From the NCBI GenBank assembly GCA_004764695.1, contig SMSO01000034.1, positions 682,001-746,000 on the forward strand: 64,000 bases of DNA. Direction: 5' to 3'. Source of the DNA: Schizochytrium sp. TIO01. Its lineage: Eukaryota > Protista > Bigyra: Labyrinthulomycetes. Under the pieces are notes generated by a model, which saw only the letters and a list, made by a program, of their open reading frames with translations, ran no database searches and had not been told where the DNA came from. This document shows positions 1-10,725 of the stretch, piece by piece (positions within the stretch are counted from its first letter, which is position 1; each line of letters starts with the position of its first letter). A program made the translations under genes and the position numbers.

Positions 1-3000
1 TCTCTCCTGTTCTACTACGCAGCTAAAGAGCAGGGATTCAAGTAAGTCTCTGAGTAAGTAAGTCAGTAAGTCGGTAAGAATCCATCCAAAAAAGCAACGT
101 AGGGGCGGTTGACATTAGGTGTGGTTGTAGTAGAACTACTATCCGATCGAGGAGTGCAACAAAGAAGCTTAGTAGCAATGCTCAGAGGTGAAGGAGACCC
201 TCTAAGCCACGCAATGCTCAGAAAAGAGGGAGGAAACCAGAGAGAGAGAGAGAGGATGACCATCAATCGATCAAAGCACCCATCCAGAGCTGCCTTTGTA
301 GAAGCAGCAGTAGTAGTGCCTACCAACAACATCGCTTTTGCTACTAAGTCTTTATTTATTTATTCATTTATTTATTCATTTATATCTTGTATATTATAGA
401 GGAAGAAGAAGTACTTGCTTTGCTGTTGGTGTTTGTTGATACGCTTTTGCCAGGCTGATGATTGATTAGAGCCTCGTGACCTGCTCTTCTTTCCGCGTTG
501 CCTCCGTTCCCTGCGCGTGCGTGCGTGAGTGCGTGCTTGCGTGCGTGCGTGCATGCGTGCGTACTGCGCTGCTGCGCTACTGTGCTACTGCATACTTCTT
601 CGGATGCGTTCGATTGGCTTCGGAGCGATCGTGGGGAAATCCTGCAGAATGGCCTTATTTTTCATTGTTTGTTCTTTCGTTCTTTTGTTCTTTCGTTCTT
701 TCGTTCTTTCGTTCTTTTTTACTTATTAAAAACAAACTTTGAACATCTAAAAAGTGAACTGGTTCCATTCATTTACATGAATGAGTTGCTCTCAGAGAGG
801 CGATGACTGAGAGAAAACCCTTTGGTTTGGGCAAAAACTCAAGCCCAAAGCAACAATCACTCATGCATGCGTTGTCTCGGTCGGGACAACCACTTTGACA
901 TACAACTCACATAGGAGCAATAAAAGGTACTTCAGCGCGCCCAACTTGAAGCACACAGCACCTCTAGCTAGAGCTAGGTTGAAGGTGTCGCTCACCTTCT
1001 TTCCACGCTGCAGCAACTGAAGAGTTTAGTTGTGACAGCTTTGCGAGAGGCTTCGCTTAATCGCCGTCCCCATCGAAGTGAGGATGCGAGGACTGTGGGG
1101 GAGCGAAACGCTGCTGCACGATTGCTGATCGATGCCCGCAAAGCTTTCGGACGCATAATAGCAGGTACCTCGCTGAGAAGAGAAGAGCTTGAGCGGACGA
1201 ACGAAAGGGAATGCAGAACCTGCGTTGATAGACAGAGGAGGGCAAACACGCGTGGTGAGCACCACCTAGGAACACTCACTCCGCTCACCAGTCAGAGGTT
1301 TTCGCGTGTATACTTCGGTGAAAGCTCAAGTTTTGTAAAATCCATATCACCCCTCTTTCATTGCGGCGTTGACTGTGGGACCGCGCTCGTATTGTTCCAA
1401 AATTTCACCGGCATGCTTATCTTGTTTTGTCTTGTTTTGTCTTGTTTTGTCTTGTCTTTTCCTTTTCTTTTCCTTTTCTTTTTTCTATATTTTTCCTATA
1501 TTTTTTTCAAATTCAAGGTTCAAGGTTCAAGGTTCAAGGTTGAGAGGTGAGAGACTTTGACTCGCGTTTCTACCCAAATAAAGGGATTGATACGAGTTGG
1601 CTCTAGTGCTACCAGGCGAGAGCGTGTTACTCTGTACAAGGTTTGTTATCGTTGAGAGGTATCGAGGTGCTGATAGTTTGTAAACAAAGTACTGATTTAA
1701 GCTTTTACCCAAAATAAAGGTCGAGTCGCTCGAAGCAATGTCAGAAAGGCTACGAATCTAAATTTCGATTTTAATGGCAAAGGGGTGGGGGGAGGGGAGA
1801 ACTATAATTTCATTCGAGATATCTGTTGAATTATTGAAATAGGCCAAGCAGCATCCTACGGGAAATTGACCCACGAATCTCAACTTAAGCATGCTCTTGC
1901 GACAACATTGCACTGCAAAACATGTACATGCCAGCAAATGAATACACATAAGCCTTCTTGTGACGATTTATTGTCCCGCACATTTATTGGATACCTCTAC
2001 ATCTAAACACATTGCTGAAAGTAGTTTTTCATCTTACACTCTGACTTAAAGCGATAGCAATCTCTGTCGTTTGCTCGAATCTAAAATGGTAGGCGTTGAA
2101 ATTGAGGGGTTAATATCGCATGTGACTGTACCGAGAAGGCCTCCTCTCTTATGATCTTACTATCATTGGTTTTGAAGGTCATCAACCAAATCTGACAGGT
2201 TACAAGCTTTAGTGAAAGATTATACTTATTGATTGATAGGCCACTAAATGGGTTGAGTACAGTGACATAGAGAGGTCAAAGAGTTTCGACTTATGAGATA
2301 GCGTTATCCTTACCTTGATAAAGAATTCGGGTCCTTCGATTATTCTAGCTAATGTCCTCATATCGGGCGCACCATTGAGTTTAGTATGACTCACAAATAT
2401 CCTCCAAGATTAGGTGTCCAACAGATCTTTGACCATTGGTTTTCATTTCGTTTAGTTGCAATTTAGAGAGGGCTTGAAAATTCATTTTCACTTCTGACTT
2501 GGTGTCTTGAGTATCATCAGATGCAAAGCTAATGCGTTTCCTGATGTCTCACATAAACCAAGAGTCTCATAAGAGCCCCCATGAGACTTTAGCAGTGCCG
2601 CGTCTACTGGCTTTTCTACTGGTCAATCAATTTCAGCAACTTTAAAAAGTTTCGAATACTCTAAAGCACGCTAACATAAAAACCATATTTGACATTTGAT
2701 ATTGGCAGAACTAAACAGGGCAGCAGCTGTCTGGATATTTGTTTAACTAAATCACTGCAGGGACATAGCAAATTCATTCGTTCGAATCTAAAGAGAAGAT
2801 TGTGTTCTAGAATGTTTCCCTCGTTCTATGAGAGAGTTTCTCTCCTCCCTGGCAATTTAACATATCACGGTGTCCATTTTGAGAACCACCTTTTACGTTG
2901 ATATATTTACTACTTGATAAGATAATGTGGAACAACCTGGATACTCTCACGATGATGGAAACTCTGTGCTGTTTGATTTGTTTGTTCCTGGCAAAACTAA

Positions 3001-3138
3001 ATTCGACCGTGAAATGGAGTAATCTTGATGAGTATTGAGGGTGTTTGTATTGCCAAATCTGCAATTTGACTTGTCTCTCTCTGAAGTTCGAGTGCCGCTC
3101 GAAGTCCAAGGTTTTAGCAGCAGTTTTGTTAACATACC

Positions 3139-3333
3139 TATTGCAAGTTAGCGTGAGGCGATCACCAAGAGATAGCGTAGGTAGAGAGATGAAGGAAAAG
3201 AATAGTTAGCATTAACATTCAGGAACTGCTGACAAGGTCTTCATTGTCTTAGGTTTAGGGTTTTGGCTTATGTACATCCTACTTGGTGTTCCCATACACA
3301 CCAGAGTACACACCTAGCTGTTATACTTCAATA
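3139..3333 (-). repeat. 3' LTR of copia element
   Basis: Identical by eye to 8992-9186; termini TATTG...CAATA form a 5-bp inverted repeat. Confidence 0.96.
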
Positions 3334-6300
3334 CACCCCCGCAAACTGCTTGGCAGGTCCTATTGCATTGAGAATACGACTCGCATGTTTCCAATGTGAT
3401 TGGAATGCAAGTGGTTTGGTTAATAGATCAGCTATATTATCCGTACCTTTGACATGATGAATTTTGAGTGTTTGATTTTGTCTTCTGTGAATTAGTACAG
3501 CAAGTTGTACTGCCAGGTATCCTGACTCACTATTGACATCTTCTTTCTTAACTCGTTTGACCAATGGTTGATTGTCAACAAATAGCTGTATTACGTCAAT
3601 ATGGATGCTCATATCAGCTAGCAATTGTCTAATGAATTCCCCATAAAGAACTCCTGCAACTGCTGCTATTAGTTCAGCCTCATATGCACTCTTTGCTACT
3701 GTAGCCTGTTTAGCTGTCTTCCATAGTACAGCACTGTTATTTAACATTATAACGTATCCCGAAACACTACGGCGTAGCTTGTCATTCTTCTTGTTGAATG
3801 ATGCATCAGTGTATACCTGAAGTTCCAGATCTTTCACCGACTTAACACCTTTTAGGGTAAGTGGCAGTGCCTTTGTGTATTGTACATAACGGAATGCATG
3901 TTTAAGTGCAGTCATGTGCTCTTTACCATTCTTTTGTCCATGACTTGCTAGCTGGTGCAGCGTGTAGGCCATATCAGGACGAGTTTTGTGCAGGTACATA
4001 AGTGTTCCTACCAGAGAACGATAATTCTCATTCACTGAATCTTCAGTATGTACACTCAACTCTTTGAGAATGGACGGAGTTTTGACTGGATTACATTGAT
4101 CCATCTTACAGCGTCTAAGAGCCTTTTTACAGTACTCTCTTTGACTGATAGTACAAGTCTTTCGTGATTTCATGTATACATGTGTATCACTAAGATAATG
4201 ACACTTCTGGTCTCGGTTCACTTTAATGCCTACATTTGCCTGTAGTTCCTCAACTATAGAATTAATTGCTGAGGGTGTTCCAAAGATTCGCATGTCATCG
4301 ACATGAATAGTCATGAGTAAGTCTTCACCTATAAAGAGTGATGCATCAGTTATAGATCGTTTCAGTCCATAGTTTTCTAGAACCGCAGTCAGATGATCCA
4401 TCCATCGGCGAGGTGCACTTTTGAGACCATAAAGACTCTTGCGAAGTCTGAAACAATAGCCTTCTTTCAGTTCGACCCCTTCTATGCCACGAATGTACAA
4501 AAATTCATCATCTGGTATGTGTGCTTCCAGAAACGCAGCTGTTACGTCAACTGTGATTGCATCATATCCTTTTGTAAGTGCAATAATCGTTGCTACACGA
4601 ATGCTTACTACATTAACAGTTGGCGAGTAGATATCGTATATATTTTCAACTTTCTCGTCATAGCCTTGAACTACAACTCTAGCTTTTAATATGTTCGATG
4701 GTGACGGCTTCTTTGTAAATACCCATCTTGTTCCCATAGGAGATAGTCCTTCTGGTACTGTGTCCAGATGTACGCGTTCCAGCACTCCGGCACGTGCAAG
4801 ATTTCTACATTCACCATTCATTGCTTCAATCCATAATAATTGTATAGCCCTTGGTAGTTGTCTCATTGCCTTATACGTTGCCGGTGCTTCTATGTCGTCG
4901 TAGGGACATGTCTTCATTTTCGGGACTGGGATTTTGTGAGTCTTACTTCCTACTCTCGATGTGTCTATCTTTACAAGTAGAGCGGAGAGTTGCTTATCAA
5001 GAAAAACCTTCTCTTTCTGTTTAAGTGTAACCGATTTCGAATCTGCCAAGTTATTATCATTCTTCCCCTCCATTCGGGATCGTTTTAAACTTTGAGCATA
5101 ATATCGGTGTTTACTAGCAGCGCCTTTCGCACTGTAGTCAACATTTAGAGGGACGACTTGTTTGCGGACCCTTTTTGATCTACGCCTGTCGTCACGAGAA
5201 TGTTGAGAATTATTAGCCAAATCTTGGGCTGTATCACTGTCACTTTGTGAGTCATTGTGATTATCCAGTATGTGATCTTCACCACTTTCAGGTTCACTGT
5301 GTGAATCATTGTGATCTTCCATTCGAATGTCTGTAGTATTGTTTCTTCTATCACCGAAAGCATCATTAGCTTCCCTTGTGGTGAGTTCACCGAAAGCATC
5401 ATTAGCTTCCCTTGTGGTGCGTACACCGAAAGTATCTTTGACTTCCCTTGTGGTGCCTCCTACAGCCAAATGTTCTACACCGAAAGCATCTTTGGCTTCC
5501 CTTGTGGTGCCTCCTACAGCGAGACTTTCTACACCGAAAGCATCTTTGGCTTCCCTTGTGGTGCCTCCTACAGCAAGACTTTCTACACCGAAAGCATCTT
5601 TGGCTTCCCTTGTGGTGCCTCCTACAGCAAGAGGGTCAGTTCTAATTGACTGTTGTAGTGATCTCGGAGAAATTTGTATTCTAGGCTCGTGCTGCGCATC
5701 ATCTTGTGAAGTCTTATCAGTCACTGTCTGTACATCGTCTTGCGATGTCTTATCAGACGCCTGCCGTGCACCGTCTTGCGGTATTTCATCGGCCATCGAA
5801 TGATCTTTACCATTGCTGCCTTGTGGAGAATTAGTCTTATTTCTGCTGCCTTGTGGAGAATTAGTCTTATTTCTGCTGCCTTGTGGAGAATTATTCGAAA
5901 TGGGTCGTGGTGTCACTATCTGGAGTTGACTGTCGACCAGTGGTCGAGTCTTCGGAGTTGCTTCAGGTGTTACCTGGAAATTCTCCCCTTCAATCTGTTT
6001 ATTTGCATCTTCATACGCCCAGTGCTGAATTTCGTCAGTTGTAATGTCTAAATCTGGAGTTTCAATTCTGTTGCGAACATTTTCAGTAATTGCATCGTCA
6101 TATACGATGACTTCTCGGGACTGTATAATTTTACCCTTTTTAGTAAGTACATGGTAAGTTCCATGAGTATAATTTCTTGCATATCCTAGGAAATATCCTA
6201 TGTCGCCTCTATCATCAAGTTTGGGCGGAACTGGGAATTTCTTGTATACACATGGTGCTCCGAAAATGTGAAACTTGCTATTGTCCGGTGCTACCCCAAA

Positions 6301-7935
6301 ATGTCGTTCATATGGAGATAATACATTCCGACTGGAAGCCGTACGGTTCCTTATATGCACAGTGTGGGATAAGGCAAATGACCAGTACTTTCTTCCTAGT
6401 GAAGCAGTTTTCAAATGTGAACGAAGCCCATTCATGAGTACTCGATTGATTCCTTCAGCTGGATTAGTTGCATGTGAATGTGGTGCCGAGAACTGAAGTG
6501 TCCATTTAAGGTCTTTAATCCGTGATGCAAATGATCCTCCTTTAAAATATGTTGCTCCGTCAGTGCGGATCGTGACATGAGGATTGTTCGTGTCTTTTAA
6601 CCATTGTTTGCGGAATTTGTCTAGTGTAAGAACAACTTCTTCTGTCGATCTCATGTAGTAGACATACGCAAAATCTGAGTATAGGTCGCGATAAGTGATT
6701 GCATATCTGAATCTCTGTGGTAACCCGGGGACATTAAATGGTCCCATCACATCAGCAGTAGCTGCTTGCCTAGGTGCATTAGCATATGGCTTGTGGGGTC
6801 CTTTCGTCACAGGTAGTCGTTCAAAATTCGCGATCTTACAGTCTATGCATCGGTAATTGATGTGAGATGCTGATATGCCTAAGGAACTTGCCATTCTTTG
6901 TTTTGATGCATGTCCTAATTTTAAGTGCAATTCCAGCCAATCTCTATTTGTCTTGTCCAGTCCTTTTGTAGCACGAATCGCTAAAGCCGTGGCTGTCAGT
7001 GCTCTTACTGGAACTAACATCGGTAAATTAGACTGTTTTTGTAAGATAATTATTTCACCATGTGGAGTTTTCATGTAATGATGATTCTGTTCATGATGAA
7101 CTGAGTAACCACATTTGGTGAGTCGCATTGTCGATATTAGAGTATGATCTAGATCTGGAGCATGGTACGCAGTGATTGCCATTGGGACGATTCTGTTCGA
7201 GTCAGTCCTCAGCTGTAGTTCTAGCGTTCCCTTTCCTACTATGTGCACAGATTCACCTTGAGCGTCTTTCATGCTCATGGTGTTAATAGTCTTGTAGTTC
7301 TTAAGTAACTCTAGATGTGGTGTTACATGTAGGTTGCATCCTGAGTCCATTATGATCCCTTCTGACTTTTGATTCGGTTTTGTCGGATCTGTGTTGACTC
7401 TACATACTCGCAATGCTCCTGCTAGGTTCATAGAGATACATGATTCGTCATCTGAATCATATGAATCATGTCCTAAGGTTACATTAAGTGTCTTGTTGTG
7501 ATTCTTTGCTTGATAGCGTTTCCTTTTCTTGGCATGTTCTCTAGATTCCTTATGCAGTGATTTGTTCCTTTGCGGACATTTAGTATTCTTATGTCCAGTC
7601 TCGTTGCAAATCGAACATTTCATAGTAGTGTATTTGCAATTTTCGGCTGAGTGATTCCAGAGTCCACAACGAAAACATGACTCTTTTGAGGTGTGTGGAT
7701 TTCTTCTTCCCCCCAAACGATGACTCTGAGATGAACGATTGGATTGTGGGAGTCTTTGTTTGAAGCGTCTCGGACGAAACACGTTTGCCTGTAGATCATC
7801 CATGCCATTGTAATCAGCAGATGCGGCCGTGAAATTGTGCTGTTTTGCATACTGTAAAATTTGTTGCTCAATCAGATGACCTTCTTGCATTAACGTCACT
7901 AGATAGTCATAGCTGTAATGTTGTAGCACATTCAT
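3328..7935 (-). CDS. pol: Copia Gag-Pol remainder: two CCHC knuckles, protease, integrase, reverse transcriptase, RNase H
   Basis: Knuckles CFRCGLWNHSAENC and CSICNETGHKNTKC. Protease IMDSGCNLH. HxxLGH...CIDC and DDE integrase (ADVMGP, RTDG, AEGINR). RT motifs KARVVVQG, LRKSLYGLKSAPRRW, HVDD. RNase H motifs YTDASF, EAEL, NIADLLTK. Confidence 0.97.
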   Translation of the reverse strand: MNVLQHYSYDYLVTLMQEGHLIEQQILQYAKQHNFTAASADYNGMDDLQANVFRPRRFKQRLPQSNRSSQSHRLGGRRNPHTSKESCFRCGLWNHSAENCKYTTMKCSICNETGHKNTKCPQRNKSLHKESREHAKKRKRYQAKNHNKTLNVTLGHDSYDSDDESCISMNLAGALRVCRVNTDPTKPNQKSEGIIMDSGCNLHVTPHLELLKNYKTINTMSMKDAQGESVHIVGKGTLELQLRTDSNRIVPMAITAYHAPDLDHTLISTMRLTKCGYSVHHEQNHHYMKTPHGEIIILQKQSNLPMLVPVRALTATALAIRATKGLDKTNRDWLELHLKLGHASKQRMASSLGISASHINYRCIDCKIANFERLPVTKGPHKPYANAPRQAATADVMGPFNVPGLPQRFRYAITYRDLYSDFAYVYYMRSTEEVVLTLDKFRKQWLKDTNNPHVTIRTDGATYFKGGSFASRIKDLKWTLQFSAPHSHATNPAEGINRVLMNGLRSHLKTASLGRKYWSFALSHTVHIRNRTASSRNVLSPYERHFGVAPDNSKFHIFGAPCVYKKFPVPPKLDDRGDIGYFLGYARNYTHGTYHVLTKKGKIIQSREVIVYDDAITENVRNRIETPDLDITTDEIQHWAYEDANKQIEGENFQVTPEATPKTRPLVDSQLQIVTPRPISNNSPQGSRNKTNSPQGSRNKTNSPQGSNGKDHSMADEIPQDGARQASDKTSQDDVQTVTDKTSQDDAQHEPRIQISPRSLQQSIRTDPLAVGGTTREAKDAFGVESLAVGGTTREAKDAFGVESLAVGGTTREAKDAFGVEHLAVGGTTREVKDTFGVRTTREANDAFGELTTREANDAFGDRRNNTTDIRMEDHNDSHSEPESGEDHILDNHNDSQSDSDTAQDLANNSQHSRDDRRRSKRVRKQVVPLNVDYSAKGAASKHRYYAQSLKRSRMEGKNDNNLADSKSVTLKQKEKVFLDKQLSALLVKIDTSRVGSKTHKIPVPKMKTCPYDDIEAPATYKAMRQLPRAIQLLWIEAMNGECRNLARAGVLERVHLDTVPEGLSPMGTRWVFTKKPSPSNILKARVVVQGYDEKVENIYDIYSPTVNVVSIRVATIIALTKGYDAITVDVTAAFLEAHIPDDEFLYIRGIEGVELKEGYCFRLRKSLYGLKSAPRRWMDHLTAVLENYGLKRSITDASLFIGEDLLMTIHVDDMRIFGTPSAINSIVEELQANVGIKVNRDQKCHYLSDTHVYMKSRKTCTISQREYCKKALRRCKMDQCNPVKTPSILKELSVHTEDSVNENYRSLVGTLMYLHKTRPDMAYTLHQLASHGQKNGKEHMTALKHAFRYVQYTKALPLTLKGVKSVKDLELQVYTDASFNKKNDKLRRSVSGYVIMLNNSAVLWKTAKQATVAKSAYEAELIAAVAGVLYGEFIRQLLADMSIHIDVIQLFVDNQPLVKRVKKEDVNSESGYLAVQLAVLIHRRQNQTLKIHHVKGTDNIADLLTKPLAFQSHWKHASRILNAIGPAKQFAGVY
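3334..3342 (-). promoter_or_regulatory. Polypurine tract
   Basis: Minus strand GCGGGGGTG immediately before the 3' LTR, within the last pol codons. Confidence 0.75.
5350..5632. repeat. In-frame tandem repeats (54-bp x ~4, then 36-bp x ~2-3) in the INT-RT linker
   Basis: Peptide LAVGGTTREAKDAFGVES repeated, then TTREANDAFG variants. Confidence 0.9.
5813..5893. repeat. 30-bp in-frame tandem repeat x ~2.7
   Basis: Peptide NSPQGSRNKT repeated. Confidence 0.9.
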
Positions 7936-8809
7936 TTTTTTGGAAATTTGTCATAGAGTTGGTGCCAAAGTGTCCTTGGTACACATTGTAGGCCGTAAGT
8001 ACTATTATATCTTCCACCGTAAGTTGTTGGGATTTCATAGTTGAAGCCATAGACTTTAGATCTACCTTAAACTGTGCTCTTTCTTGAGGCGTCCATGTAT
8101 AAATAGGTCGTGATAGCGCTTTAGAGAGAAATTTAATCAACTCTTTGATATATATCATGTTTGAGATTCCTGGGGAAGACTCCGCTTGAGACGAAAGGTC
8201 ATACCAGACAGCAAGACCTGGATAGTCTTCGTTGCATTCCAGTAGACGCTCAATCGACTTTTTGAAAGCAGGACCAGCCTGAATTTCTAGGATCGTCATA
8301 AGTTCTCCATCAGCTGCACGTTTATCGTCAGGATCCTTTATCTTCTCAACATCTTCAGGACGACAACCACAGATCCCGAATAGTCTTTCCACATGTCTGA
8401 CCCATGTAGGCCAGGTGTGCATGTCTGCATCTAGGGGTTTAGACATAGCGTATGTACTCGCTCGTCCCTTGCTATAACGTCTCTTCAGGTCCTTAAGTTT
8501 GGAAATATCTTGATCAGATTGATCACTTGAATCATATTCATCTGAAGACTCAAGTCGTTTAGATCTTTTCGAAGTTTTCTTCTTCTTTTCATCGTGTTGT
8601 TTCTGACTTAGTTCGTCAAACTTGTTGTTTATTAGAGACACCATGTTGTCTTGTAGCTGTTGCCACATAGTCATGTTAACATCGTCTCCACTTTTGAGTT
8701 GACTTTTCGCAGAGGAAGGCGGAGGAGCATGCTTCGCGTCGGACGAAGGCGTTGCGCCCGAAGAAGACTTCGCGTCAGAAGAAGAAGAAGACTTCGAGTT
8801 TCTACCCAT
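7907..8809 (-). CDS. gag: Copia Gag, N-terminal/capsid part
   Basis: 300-aa ORF just downstream of the PBS; overlaps the next ORF at an A7 run (7935-7941). Confidence 0.85.
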   Translation of the reverse strand: MGRNSKSSSSSDAKSSSGATPSSDAKHAPPPSSAKSQLKSGDDVNMTMWQQLQDNMVSLINNKFDELSQKQHDEKKKKTSKRSKRLESSDEYDSSDQSDQDISKLKDLKRRYSKGRASTYAMSKPLDADMHTWPTWVRHVERLFGICGCRPEDVEKIKDPDDKRAADGELMTILEIQAGPAFKKSIERLLECNEDYPGLAVWYDLSSQAESSPGISNMIYIKELIKFLSKALSRPIYTWTPQERAQFKVDLKSMASTMKSQQLTVEDIIVLTAYNVYQGHFGTNSMTNFQKNECATTLQL

Positions 8810-8978
8810 CTTTATGACTTTTCAATACTACTATAGTTTTGACTACTTGAGTATTATAGTATCCGTTTTGTTTCTCCTCAATTGATCTCTCGCTCGAATA
8901 TTCTACCTCTGTTGAGAGTTTTCACCTCCAAGACTTCGAAGGACCGAGTGATTAGACTCGCAGACTCCTTTCGTATCT

Positions 8979-8991
8979 TGGGCCCATAACC
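8979..8991 (-). promoter_or_regulatory. Primer-binding site complementary to the anticodon arm of initiator tRNA-Met (half-tRNA priming)
   Basis: Minus strand GGTTATGGGCCCA abuts the 5' LTR. It is complementary to TGGGCCCATAACC of tRNAiMet, as in Drosophila copia. Confidence 0.9.
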
Positions 8992-9186
8992 TATTGCAAG
9001 TTAGCGTGAGGCGATCACCAAGAGATAGCGTAGGTAGAGAGATGAAGGAAAAGAATAGTTAGCATTAACATTCAGGAACTGCTGACAAGGTCTTCATTGT
9101 CTTAGGTTTAGGGTTTTGGCTTATGTACATCCTACTTGGTGTTCCCATACACACCAGAGTACACACCTAGCTGTTATACTTCAATA
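8992..9186 (-). repeat. 5' LTR of copia element
   Basis: Identical by eye to 3139-3333; followed on the minus strand by the PBS. Confidence 0.96.
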
Positions 9187-9771
9187 ATACCTGAATGTAT
9201 GAAATAACCATAGAACAGAATTAGTAAGTCTTGACAGTGAAGCTGAGCAACCCTTATCCATGAGGTTGTCTCTGCTTACTGCTGAAACCCAAATTTGAAT
9301 TATTATGTTTCTTAAATTTATTTAAAAAAATACTCATTTTCAAATCTCTCAGCGGTAATTTCGTTCACTGTGAAATATCAAGTCATAAGCAAGCTTTTGT
9401 GTAACATCAGTGTTTTTAAGTGGTTAATATGAACAAGCCAAAAAATACAACTTGATTTACGCTGTAATACCCAGCTAAAAAAGAAACAAACGAATGTTGA
9501 TCGCTTGAACGAAGTTGATGTTGACCTCTTAACTTATCAGCTACCTTCTTCTACCTAGTACCTCCAATATTTATGATGCTAAGGTCCTCTCTCTAATTTA
9601 TAGCAGGTACTGTTATAAATATTATGCAATAACATCAAGAACTTTAAGAACTTTTGGAATTTCTGACTTATAGTAGACTGCCCATATTCATTGGTAAAGT
9701 TAAAATTAGCGACCAGGTTTTCGCATGACGACTGATTGACTGACCGCTGCGTGGCTCGTGTATGGGCAAAG

Positions 9772-10725
9772 ATGCCAATATTGCGTCGGACTGACTGGCT
9801 AGAGGCCAGTCAGCGCCATATTCAGCGCGTTAGCTCCTTACTTGAGGCTGGAAGAGATGCGAAAGGTGGTTTACGTGAAGACCATCCAGTCTTTAACTTC
9901 TTACGATCGTACTATTTTGTACGTACAGCAAACGATATAAAGAAGAAGCTTCTGCGGTGGTCCCCAGGTGCTTTGGCATTGCTAGCGCCCGAGCGTTATT
10001 TGCCAGCCAAGACTATCTCAGAAAGTTTACCAGGATTGGACCTCGAAGTTGTCGAGGACAATGCTGGTCTCTCCTTTGCCCGAGTGCGAATGACAAAGGC
10101 ATCTTTTGACAATCTGCGATTTTCGCAAGGCGTTCTAGAGGCAACGACAACCAACGCACCGATCCTTAACTGCTATGGTATGCATGAGTGGGCAATGCTT
10201 TATCAAGAACCTAATGAAGAAGAACCTTTTGCTACCAAGTTTCAATCTCTGCCACGACGGGTTTCTCAGGGCACGATTAATGAAACAGTACGCTCTCAAA
10301 AAGTGAACTGTTCTCATTTTGATGCTATGCGATTTTTCGCTCCATCAGCCAAACCATATAGCAAATTTGATGGCTTGACAAGAGAAGGAAGCTTTACTTC
10401 GGAAAATCCAGCTTGCTTGCATGCTCAAATGGATCTTTTGCGCCACGCGCTTAAGCTCGGCCCCCTTCTTTCAGGCGAGATCCTTGTTGAATGTCTGGAG
10501 ATTGCTCTCGAGGCGCGATCTTTCGATGTTGCAGCTAGCCCATACGATGCGTCTCAATTTGGTCTAGAGTCTATACCTGTAGAAACCTCAGAAGGTCGTG
10601 CTCTTTACAAGTCACGACAGATACAACTTGCACAAAGGGCCAGACCTTTGCGAAAGGCCTTGCTAGATATTATTCAAACAACTTTGGAGGTTCGAGATAC
10701 AGATTTGGCTGTATCCCAAATGTAA
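9772..10725 (+). CDS. Conserved protein of the bacterial family often annotated as '3-methyladenine DNA glycosylase' (actinobacterial type; function uncertain)
   Basis: Motifs HPVFNFLRSYY, CYGMHEWAMLY, CSHFDAMRFF, NPACLHAQMDL and ASPYD resemble that family as I recall it. Intronless; first ATG at 9772. Confidence 0.65.
   Translation: MPILRRTDWLEASQRHIQRVSSLLEAGRDAKGGLREDHPVFNFLRSYYFVRTANDIKKKLLRWSPGALALLAPERYLPAKTISESLPGLDLEVVEDNAGLSFARVRMTKASFDNLRFSQGVLEATTTNAPILNCYGMHEWAMLYQEPNEEEPFATKFQSLPRRVSQGTINETVRSQKVNCSHFDAMRFFAPSAKPYSKFDGLTREGSFTSENPACLHAQMDLLRHALKLGPLLSGEILVECLEIALEARSFDVAASPYDASQFGLESIPVETSEGRALYKSRQIQLAQRARPLRKALLDIIQTTLEVRDTDLAVSQM

Larger units (their letters stand above)
3139..9186 (-). 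mobile_element. Full-length Ty1/copia LTR retrotransposon, recent insertion
   Basis: Two identical 195-bp LTRs (3139-3333, 8992-9186). 5-bp TSD ATACC (3134-3138, 9187-9191). PBS next to the 5' LTR and G-rich PPT next to the 3' LTR. Domain order gag-PR-INT-RT-RH is copia-type. Confidence 0.97.

Noticed and set aside
1032-1550. 172-aa ORF
   Set aside because: Non-ATG start, no recognisable motif, and the tail runs through simple repeats.
1840-1893. AACTTAAGCAT resembles the 5' end of LSU rRNA
   Set aside because: Only about 11 nt match and the flanks are not rRNA-like.
5350-5632. Regularly spaced repeats suggestive of a CRISPR array
   Set aside because: They are tandem units without unique spacers, lie in frame inside pol, and no cas genes are present.
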